From the sequence record KT429160.1: a DNA stretch of 64,000 nt. The stretch is one strand, 5' to 3'. The position numbers and the translations under genes were made by a program. Under the pieces are notes generated by a model. That model worked only from the letters and a program-made list of their open reading frames with translations. It had not been told where the DNA came from and did no database searches. Below, piece after piece: positions 9,750 through 19,600 of this stretch (position 1 is the first letter of the stretch; every line of letters starts with the position of its first letter). This DNA is from Staphylococcus phage SPbeta-like.

Positions 9750-10622
9750 ATGGAAGAGTTATTAGAAAATCTATTTGATGATCAGAGTATTCAAGATAAA
9801 GTTATCTTGAATTTGCCTATCGAAAGTCCATTTGGTGAATTAAAACCACTGAGTATTCATGATTACATGCAACGACTCTCTTCTATTTCAGTAATATCTC
9901 TTAACAAGAAATACTTACTCGCTGAGTATGGTAAAGGTTATCAAGAAGAAACTGGTCAAACTGATAATGAAATTTTCACAATGTTGAAAGACTTGAATGA
10001 AAAATATTCATTATTCTACTTTTTAAGAGAGATGTTCCAAGACCTTCTCCACCACTACATTATTATAACCCGATACGTTAAGTTCTACGATTATCAATAC
10101 GATAAGAAAAACCCTCAATCTAGAAAAGACATTGATGAAAATAGTGATGACGATACACCTTTGAGTGAAAAGGAATTTACTGAGGCTATCTTAGAAAAAT
10201 GTATTCAATTTGTATTTTCATTAGATGATGATCAATTTGAGCTTTATCGTAAATACATATTACAACTTCATGGACAATCTGAACCTAGAGCTTTCTTAAA
10301 CCCTAAGCTTCAACGTAATGAAGAGAGATCTAAAGCTTCAAAGCTTAAAAAGAAGGACTCAACGCCAACTTTATCTACTATGGTTACAAGTTGTGCAGTG
10401 TACATGGGCGTTGATTACTCAGATATTATGAAATGGAATGCTTTACAATTACAACATTCATTCCAACGAATTTCACTATTCATTCAAAATAACGCTACAA
10501 CGTTGTTTGCTACTGTTACTTCTGAAGTCGATTTAGTTAATTGGTCAGAAAATATTACTGACAATGAGAAAAAAGAAGATATGACTTTAGATACTTTCAG
10601 ACAGAATGTAAGTGGAGTTTAG
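9750..10622 (+). CDS. hypothetical virion protein
   Basis: 290-aa ORF in the morphogenesis gene array. Confidence 0.3.
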   Translation: MEELLENLFDDQSIQDKVILNLPIESPFGELKPLSIHDYMQRLSSISVISLNKKYLLAEYGKGYQEETGQTDNEIFTMLKDLNEKYSLFYFLREMFQDLLHHYIIITRYVKFYDYQYDKKNPQSRKDIDENSDDDTPLSEKEFTEAILEKCIQFVFSLDDDQFELYRKYILQLHGQSEPRAFLNPKLQRNEERSKASKLKKKDSTPTLSTMVTSCAVYMGVDYSDIMKWNALQLQHSFQRISLFIQNNATTLFATVTSEVDLVNWSENITDNEKKEDMTLDTFRQNVSGV

Positions 10623-10660
10623 TTAGAATATATATAAATTATTTTAGGAGGAATTGGAAT

Positions 10661-11452
10661 ATGCCTTTATATATCCAAGACACTGCGGACGCAGTATTAG
10701 AACGTAAATCGGACAAATTTGTTATCGCTACTGGTACAACTCAAACTGTTACTTTGAAACAAAAAGTTGACGAAGAAACAGTTAAAGGCGGTATTGGTAA
10801 CGCTGCTCAATTCACAATCAAATCTAACAAAGAGTTAGAAATCACTATGGAAGACGCTTTATTCAACTTCCAATGGTTAGCTGCTACTCAAGGTGTTAAA
10901 GTTGTTAACGACAAATTAGTTGTTAAACGTACTGAGGTTGCTGAAGTAGAAGAAGGTGGAAAAGTTACTTCTGTTAATTCTAAATTAGCTGGTGAGTTAG
11001 TTGTTATCGACACTTATGGTAAAAACGTTAAAGGTAAGTTCACTGCTGGTTCTGCAACTATCTCTGACTTGTCTTCACAAGTTGGTAAAAACGTAACTAT
11101 CGTTACAGAAGAAGAAGTTCAAGGTGAAAAAGTTTCTATTCGTGCTGACCGTTTCGCTGAAAAGTATCGTTTACAATTATTCACTTATGCTTATGACCAA
11201 GATACTGAAGCAATTGCAAAAGACGTATTCTTGACATTCGATAACGTTTCTCCATCTTCTGAGTTTGACTTAAAACTTAAGGCTGGTGATCCATTATCTC
11301 CAGAATTACAATTGAAAGCTACTGCAAACCCAAAAACTAAAGAAATTGGTTCTTGGATGATTGTTGATCATAAAGAAGACGCTGGAGAAACAAATTCGGG
11401 TGCTGTTGTTGCTGGTAGAAGATCTGAAGAGTCAGGTTCACATTTAGGCTAA
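10661..11452 (+). CDS. major tail (tube) protein
   Basis: 263 aa; very strong RBS ttaggagg; rho-independent terminator immediately downstream; directly precedes the chaperone/TMP genes. Confidence 0.55.
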   Translation: MPLYIQDTADAVLERKSDKFVIATGTTQTVTLKQKVDEETVKGGIGNAAQFTIKSNKELEITMEDALFNFQWLAATQGVKVVNDKLVVKRTEVAEVEEGGKVTSVNSKLAGELVVIDTYGKNVKGKFTAGSATISDLSSQVGKNVTIVTEEEVQGEKVSIRADRFAEKYRLQLFTYAYDQDTEAIAKDVFLTFDNVSPSSEFDLKLKAGDPLSPELQLKATANPKTKEIGSWMIVDHKEDAGETNSGAVVAGRRSEESGSHLG

Positions 11453-11467
11453 TAATTTAGTCATAAG

Positions 11468-11498
11468 AGTGGGAGATTAGTTTCTCCCCTCTTTTTTA
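11468..11498 (+). terminator. rho-independent terminator after the major tail gene
   Basis: gggaga-ttagtt-tctccc hairpin followed by ctctttttt. Confidence 0.65.
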
Positions 11499-11535
11499 TT
11501 TATCCAAATTTATAGAATAAAAGGAGAATTTTATC

Positions 11536-12093
11536 ATGAAAATAAACGACAATAACGATAAAAATGTCGAACAAAATGCTGTTGTTGACTTAAAAAAGGT
11601 CTTAGAAATGGCTAAATCTTATGATGAAATTGAAAGATACACTTTATCAAACGGTGAAGACATTGAATTCTATCCCCACTTCTCTCGTACAAAGATTAAA
11701 GAAATCATTGAAGAGTATAAAGGATATTTAATTTCTGAAGATAAAGATGATATGAAATTCATGGATATGGTTTCTAAAGATGATGTAAGCTTAGTCCTTT
11801 TCTGGTACTTCTTAGCTGTTAAAAAATTCACTCATTTTGGTGAGTCTATGAAACGTATTAAGAAAGTTAAATCTTTAGCTCCTTATTACAATGCATTATT
11901 AGAAACGGGTATCTTAGAAGAAATTTGTAATGACGCTTTTGCTTATGAAGAGTTATCAAAAGTTACTGAAATGTTTGCAAAAGAAGCTGCAATTAATGTA
12001 ACTGCTAATGAATTTGTAAACAAATATGAAGATGAAATTGAAGTAGCTCGTGAAAAATTTGCTAACACTTATTTAAACAAGAGTGAAGATTAA
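11536..12093 (+). CDS. putative tail assembly chaperone
   Basis: 185-aa acidic protein (RBS aaaaggagaa) between the major tail and tape-measure genes. Confidence 0.35.
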   Translation: MKINDNNDKNVEQNAVVDLKKVLEMAKSYDEIERYTLSNGEDIEFYPHFSRTKIKEIIEEYKGYLISEDKDDMKFMDMVSKDDVSLVLFWYFLAVKKFTHFGESMKRIKKVKSLAPYYNALLETGILEEICNDAFAYEELSKVTEMFAKEAAINVTANEFVNKYEDEIEVAREKFANTYLNKSED

Positions 12094-12566
12094 TGCCTCA
12101 TTTTAGTGATTTACAAAGCCTTAATAACTATGTACTTAGAGCAATAACTGAAGTAATGAGAAATGAAGTTGCTGACGCAGTTAGACAAGAATGGATAGCT
12201 ATGATGGAAAAGAATGTGTATGGAACGTATCAACCCTGGTCATATGAACGTAGACATAAACAAGGTGGTTTAGCTGATCCAAGAAATATTCAAATCGTTT
12301 CAGAAAAAGTTGCTGCTGACTCTGCTGCTATCGTAATGGAGAACTTGACTAAAGGTCAAGGTTGGGATCATTACTATGGTGATTTAATCAATACGATGAT
12401 TGAAAGTGCAGACGGTTTTGCTGGTAATTCAGCTTTAGGAATGCCTAAACGTCCTTATACTGAAGAAGCAGTTGATTTCATGACAAAAGGAATTGGTAGA
12501 AATACTATATTGGACGCTCTCACATCAGGTTTAGCTAGAAGAGGTATTAATGTCAATATTAAATAG
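12093..12566 (+). CDS. hypothetical protein (second chaperone position)
   Basis: 157-aa ORF whose ATG overlaps the previous stop (TAATG). Confidence 0.3.
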   Translation: MPHFSDLQSLNNYVLRAITEVMRNEVADAVRQEWIAMMEKNVYGTYQPWSYERRHKQGGLADPRNIQIVSEKVAADSAAIVMENLTKGQGWDHYYGDLINTMIESADGFAGNSALGMPKRPYTEEAVDFMTKGIGRNTILDALTSGLARRGINVNIK

Positions 12567-12581
12567 AAAGTAGGAATTAGT

Positions 12582-13598
12582 ATGGCAATCGAGAAAAACA
12601 TGCTGAGAGAAAGAGCCAAAAAGCTTCCGACAATTACAGATGAAATGTGGGAAAAGGTACATCCTATTTACAAGGAACTTTTAAGTGAGTATTTAGGTTC
12701 AGTAGATTTATCGAGAGACACTAAAAAACAATATACTTCAGCATTGAAACAATTTGGTTGGTTTGTTGCTGATAGTTTAAACAATAAACCCCTATTCAAA
12801 TTAAAGAAACGTGACGCATTGCGTTATATGAACTATTTAAGAGAAGACCGTAAGATGTCATCATCTGGAATTAACTTAAAGAAATCTGCTGTATCTGCTT
12901 TCTGTCAATGGATAGAAAACTATATCGCTGATGACTATGAAGATGAAAATGGAGACCTAGTTTTTGAAACATTTCGTAATTTCATGACAGGCTTACCACC
13001 AGTTGTAAAAAATCAAGTATACGATAAGAAGAAAGTTACATTCGAAGAGTATCAAGAAATGATGAAAGCTCTAAGAAGTGATGAAGATTATTTAGGTATG
13101 GCTTGGTTAGCTACTGCATTTAATGTTGGTGCAAGACGCAGCGAAATTATACAATTTAAAACATCTTTATTCGATCATGAGTGGAATGAAGAAGGAAACT
13201 TCTTAATGTCTCATAACGTTCGTGGTAAAGGTCGTGGTGAAGATGGTAAGATACTTCAATTTATGATCAATGATGAAGCACTTAAATATATGAAGCTTTG
13301 GGTAGAAAAACGTGGATATGAAGACGAATACATCTTTACAGTTGGAAATGAGAACACTCATAGGCAAATGAGTAAGTCTTGGGCTGATTATTTCTGCGAG
13401 CATACTCTATCTCATATTTTAGGAAGACGTGTTAACCCTCATATCTTTAAAGCTAGTTGTGTAACCTATCTATTAGAAGTTAAAAAGGTTGATATTAAAC
13501 ACGTATCTAAATTAGTGGCACATCATGAGTCAGTTGAAACTACTCAAATATATGATTTAAGAGACTCTGAAGAAGAGAGAAATTCTATCTTTAGTTAA
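12582..13598 (+). CDS. tyrosine recombinase / integrase-family protein (XerC/D-like)
   Basis: 338 aa; C-terminal catalytic-domain motifs (GARRSEI, HIFKASCVTYLL, AHHESVETTQIYD with the terminal Tyr) typical of tyrosine recombinases; sits inside the tail module as yomM does in SPbeta. Confidence 0.7.
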   Translation: MAIEKNMLRERAKKLPTITDEMWEKVHPIYKELLSEYLGSVDLSRDTKKQYTSALKQFGWFVADSLNNKPLFKLKKRDALRYMNYLREDRKMSSSGINLKKSAVSAFCQWIENYIADDYEDENGDLVFETFRNFMTGLPPVVKNQVYDKKKVTFEEYQEMMKALRSDEDYLGMAWLATAFNVGARRSEIIQFKTSLFDHEWNEEGNFLMSHNVRGKGRGEDGKILQFMINDEALKYMKLWVEKRGYEDEYIFTVGNENTHRQMSKSWADYFCEHTLSHILGRRVNPHIFKASCVTYLLEVKKVDIKHVSKLVAHHESVETTQIYDLRDSEEERNSIFS

Positions 13599-13694
13599 TC
13601 TAGTTTTGAATTCTTGTGGGAATATTTAGTTCTCATAAGACTTGAATACTAGATTTTTTATAATGATTTCGAGAATAAAAGGAGTGAATATAGC

Positions 13695-16600
13695 GTGGCA
13701 AGTGATTTTAATATAGGTATATTATCTACCTTAGAGATAGACTCTAGCTCCTCAAGAAAGAAGATTAACGACACACTTAAAAATATTGAAGCAAATATTA
13801 ATAGCATTAAAGCAGACTTAGAAGTTTCAGATACAAAGAAATCAGAAAATAATGCTATAAAAAGTGCAAACAACGTAATCAGAAACATCAATTCAAACGG
13901 TAATTTAAAGAAATTAAATGTTGAACTAGATGTAAACTTAACAAAAAGTAGACAAAACATTCAAAGAGCATTATCTACTCTATCAAAAGATTTTAAGAAT
14001 AAGAAAATTGATATTGAAGTTAATGCTAAAGCTAATAAAAATTCAATCGGACAAGTTAAGAATTCTATTTCTAAAGGTGCAAGTCAGCCACTAGAAATTA
14101 AAGAGTCCCCTAGTAGTAGAAGCACTAGTAGAGATATTAAAGAACAGCAGTCTTTAATGACAGGTTTAGCAAATTCTTATAAGAACTTAGATGATTTAAC
14201 AAGAGCTTTAAATACAAGTACATTTGAAGGGCTTAGAAAAACTGTAAAAGAAATTAAGAACGCAGATAATTCTCTTAAAAGTTATCAAGTTACTTTAGAA
14301 CGTGTTAACCAAGAAGGTAAAAAATTAGGCTCTCAAAGATTTGATTATACCCCTTCTGCAAATGGTTTGAAGTTAAACAAAACTCAATTAACTGATCAAA
14401 CAGATAAAGCTCGTAAAGAAGAAAATGCTGCTATTAATAAATTATTAGAAAATGAAGTTTCTAAGTATGATCGTTTATTGAATAAAGGTAAAATTGATAT
14501 TAAACAACATCAAACTTTACTTCAAACTCTTAGACAAATTACTAATGAGAAATCAAAAGCTAACCAATTTAATAGAACTGATTTCAATAGAGTAGCAAAA
14601 GCTGCTGCTGATGAAGCAAAAGAATATCAATATCAAAATGATATGCTTCGAAAGAAATTAGCTTTAACTTCTCAAATTGAGCGTATTGAAAACAGAATGG
14701 CTGCTACAATTGATAAGCAACAAACAAATGCTTTGAAAAATCAATTGAATTCTTTAGGTAATAATAGAACACCATTCGGTAAAGAAGCAGCTTTCCATAT
14801 GAACCAAATTCAAGACAAGGTTCGTCAAATCTCTGCTGAAGCTGAAAGAGCAACTAGAACTCAGTTAAGTTTTGTTGATCAATTCAGAGAAGCAATGACA
14901 AAATTCCCAGTTTGGATGGGTGCTACTACCCTATTCTTCGGTGCCATAAATGGTGCTAAAGAAATGCTTGATGTAATTACTGAAATTGATGGAAAAATGA
15001 TTACTCTTGCAAAAGTTACTGGTGATGACAATGCACTTCAACAAACATTTATTGACGCAAATAATGCTGCTTCTCAATTCGGACAGACATTAGGAAGCGT
15101 ATTAGATGTATATGCAGAATTCGCTAGACAAGGTGTTAAAGGTAATGAGTTATCTCAATTCTCAAATGCAGCATTAATTGCTGCTAACGTTGGTGAGATT
15201 GACGCTAAACAAGCTTCTGAATATTTAACTTCTATGTCTGCTCAGTGGGAAACGACTGGAAACCAAGCTATGAGACAAGTTGACTCACTCAACGAAGTTT
15301 CCAATAAATATGCTACAACTGTTGAAAAGTTAGCACAAGGTCAAGCAAAAGCTGGCTCTACTGCTAAATCAATGGGACTTACTTTTGATGAAACTAATGG
15401 TATTATTGGTGCATTAACAGCTAAGACTAAGCAATCTGGGGACGAAATTGGTAACTTTATGAAAGCCACTTTACCTAAACTTTATAGTGGTAAAGGTAAA
15501 TCAACTATTGAAGGCTTAGGCATTAGTATGAAAGATGAAAATGGACAATTAAAATCTGCCATTTCTCTTTTAGAAGAAGTTTCTCAGAAAACTAAAAACT
15601 TAGAAAAAGACCAAAAAGCCGCTGTTATAAATGGCTTGGGTGGAACATACCACTACCAACGTATGCAAGTATTATTAGATGATTTATCTAAAACAGATGG
15701 CTTATATAAACAAATTAAAGAAAGTTCCGAAAGTTCAGCTGGCTCTGCATTACAAGAGAATGCAAAATACATGGAGTCAATTGAAGCTAAAGTTAACCAA
15801 GCAAAAACAGCATTCGAACAATTCGCATTAGCTGTTGGTGAAACATTTGCTAAATCAGGAATGCTTGATGGTATCAGAATGGTTACTCAACTTTTAACTG
15901 GTTTAACTCATGGAATTACTGAATTAGGCACAACTGCTCCGATTTTCGGCATGGTTGGTGGTGCTGCCTCATTAATGAGTAAGAATGTTAGAAGTGGTTT
16001 TGAAGGTGCTAGAAGTAGTGTTGCTAATTATATTACTGAGGTAAATAAATTAGCTAAAGTTAACAATGCTGCTGGTCAAGTTGTTGGACTTCAAAAAGTT
16101 CAAACTGGTACAGCTTCACAACTTCAGTTTAATAAAAATGGTGAATATGATAAAGCTGCTTCACAAGCAAAGGCTGCTGAACAAGCAACTTACCAATTCT
16201 CTAAAGCTCAAAAAGATGTATCAGCTAGTGCTATGATCGCTTCAGGTGCAATCAACAAAACAACTGTGGCTACCACAGCAAGCACTGTTGCCACTCGTGC
16301 TGCTACACTTGCAGTTAATGGTTTAAAATTAGCCTTTAGAGGCTTGTTGGCTGCTACTGGTGTCGGGTTAGCAATAACTGGTGTTTCTTTTGTACTGGAA
16401 AAAGTTGTAGGTAGTTTTAATGCTGCAAGTCAAGCTGCTGAACAATATAAACAAAAACAAGAGCAAACGAAGCAAGCAATAGCTTCTATGAGTAATGGTG
16501 AAATTAATTCACTTATTAGTAGTTACGATAAACTACAACAAAAAATGAATTCTGGTAGTGCATTTAATACAGCGGAAGCTGAGAAATATAAAGAAGTAAC

Positions 16601-19600
16601 AAGTCAATTAGCTAATATATTCCCCGATTTAGTTACTGGTGAAAACCGTTATGGTAAGGAAATGGCCGGTAATAAAGAAGTAATGAAACAGAAAATTGAG
16701 TTAATCAAGCAAGAAATGGAGCTTGAAAGACAAAAGAATGCTATCAAACAAAAAGAAGAGCAAGACGCTTACATCAAAGAACAAGATAGCTTAGCTAAGA
16801 AAAACAGAGGTCAAAAATGGTATCAACTTGGTCAAACACCAGAGTTGAAACTTCAGGAACAAGCACGTCCTACTACTGTTTCTGATAATAGTAACATTAA
16901 CAAAATTAATGCCACTATCCAAAAAGTGAAGAGTCAAGCCCAAGCTGAAAAAGCATTAGAACAAGTTGATAAGCAACTTGCTCAATCTCAAACTAAGAAT
17001 AGACAAAATGAAGTTCAGCACTTACAAAAAGTTAGACAAGCTTTACAAGATTATATTACTAAAACTGGTCAAGCAAATCAGGCAACAAGAGCTGCGGTAT
17101 TAACTGCACAGCAACAATTCACTAACCAGATAGCAACAATGAAAAAGCTTGGTACTACTGGTCAACAAGTGATGACTACTATTTCTAACTCAGTTGCGAA
17201 AACAGCAAAGTCTGGTAAAGCTGCTCAAGCAACCTTCAAGTCGTTTGAAACCTCATTAGTTAAAAGCTCTTCATTCAAAAGCAAGATGGCTAGTTATGAA
17301 GCTTCTGTTAAGAAATTTAAAAATGCTGCTAACCAATCTGCTAAAATTGCTGCTCTTAAAGACGTAGAACGTGATTACTCTAAAGTTGCTAAAGGTATTA
17401 TGCAAGCGGCAAAAGCGGCAAACATGAGTAAATCTCAAATGAAAGATTTGAAAAAATCTCTTCAACAAAATATACAAGCAGAAACAGGCTTTAGAGCTTC
17501 AGTAAGTAAAGCTGGTAAAGTTACTATTGATCAATCTAAGAAAATCAAACAGAATACTGCTGAAACAAGACGTAACTCAAGTGCTAAATTACAAAATGCT
17601 GACGCTTCAGACCAAGCTTCTGAAGAAAATAAAGAGTTAGCAGACTCAATGCGTGCTGGTATTGAAAGTTCTCAATTACTTGGAAAAGCGATGGGAGAAT
17701 TACAATCTCAAGGAACACTTAGTACAGAAACTTTAATTGAATTAACTGAGAAGTATGGAGACGAAATTTTAGCTGTTGCTGGAGATCAGGAAGCTTTAAG
17801 TAACTTCATCATGCAAAAGCAAAATGAAGAAACTGATAACTACAACAAAAACCTTAAAACTAAATTAGAAAACTCTTCATCATACTATAAGGCGGTAGCT
17901 GGAGCTGACTCTGCCCTATCCAACTACTTAATGGAAAACTATGGTATTGATACTAAAAACTATAAGAGTTTAACAGAAGTCAAAGCTAAAATTACAGACC
18001 TTTACTACAATGGTTCAGCTGAAGAACAAGCTAAAGTAGTAGACGCTATCGCAAAAGCTTACCATATTGACTTATCTAACTATGGCTCTCTGAATGAGAA
18101 AAAAGAAGCATTAGAGAACCAATTGATGAAAATCTTAGGTAGTAAGTGGAAAAAATATATTGGTAGCGTAGCTAAGGATATGAAATCTCTTGGTGTTGAC
18201 GCTGGTGAAGTTGGAGCAGATGGTTTTGATGACAGTAAAATGTTCAATCCGGGTGCTCTTATCGGTGCTAACAATTTCCAAAACGTTTCTAACCTAAGTA
18301 ATATCAGTAATGTATTCAACTCACTTAATGGTGCATTTAATGAAGCTAAGAATGAAGCTGCTGGTGTTAGTAGAGGCTTAGATGACGCTGCTAGTGGCTT
18401 AAAAGATGTTGGTGACAGTGCTGGCTCAGCTGGTAGTGGTTTAGGTAAAACTGCTAAAGGCGCGGATAAAGCGTCTGACAGTTTAGATGGTACTAATAAA
18501 GAATTAGAAAAAACTAAAGAAAAAGCTGAAGAAGCTGGTGTCACAGTTAAACAACTTTATAAGCAATTTACAGTTACTACTTATGTTGCTGATAAACTAA
18601 GTATGGCTTTAGATAAAATTAATAATAAGTTAGAGAAACAAAAACTTTTAACTGAAAAATACGCAACTTGGTCAAGCAGTTATCGTAACTCACTTAAAGC
18701 AGAAAATAAATTGCTCGATGAAAAGACCGCTAAGATTAAAAAACAAATCGAGTCAATGAAAGAACAAATCGCTCAAGGTAAAGTTATTGAGTATGGTTTA
18801 GTTGGTAAAGATATTAATGTTCCTTACTATGAATATACTGCAAATAATTTAGATGATGGAGAAACTGGTCGTATTTCTCGATATACCGGTAATTCAACTC
18901 AAGCTAAGGTTTGGAATTTCTTTAAATCTAAAGGGTTATCTGATCATGCTGTTGCGGGTATCATGGGTAATATGGAACGTGAGTCTAGATTTAAACCGGG
19001 AGCTCAAGAACAAGGCGGTACTGGTATTGGTTTAGTACAACTTTCATTTGGGCGTGCAAATAATTTAAGAAATTATGCTGCTAGAAGAGGAAAAAGCTGG
19101 AAAGACTTAAATACTCAACTTGACTTCATTTGGAAAGAATTAAATACTACTGAAGTTAATGCTTTACGAGGACTTAAATCAGCTACTTCAGTTATTGGTG
19201 CAGCAAACTCTTTCCAAAGATTATATGAACGTGCTGGTGTTGTAGCACAAGGAGAACGTAATGCGGCAGCTAAAAAGTATTACAGACAATTTAAAGGTAC
19301 TAATGGTTCATCTGGCTTCCTAAGTGGTGGCGTGGTCGCTGGAACAAATGGTAAACCACTTACTTCAGATAGAAACGCTTATATCTTAGATAGACAATTC
19401 GGACGATATAATGGTGGTGGTGTCCATCACGGAAGAGATATCACGAGTGCTACTATTAACGGATCACCTATTAAAGCTGCACGTTCAGGTATAGTTACTT
19501 TTAAAGGATGGACTGGTGGTGGTAATACACTATCTATATTTGATGGTAAAAATACTTATACATACATGCATATGAAGAACCCGGCAAGAGTGGTAAAAGG

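Noticed and set aside
13658-13960. 100-aa minus-strand ORF overlapping the tape-measure start
   Set aside because: Antisense to a well-supported gene; low-complexity Leu/Phe-rich translation typical of the reverse strand of AT-rich coding DNA; no RBS.
18080-18544. 154-aa minus-strand ORF inside the tape-measure gene
   Set aside because: Antisense to the Ala/Gly/Ser-rich TMP segment; repetitive PAS-rich translation is a mirror artefact.
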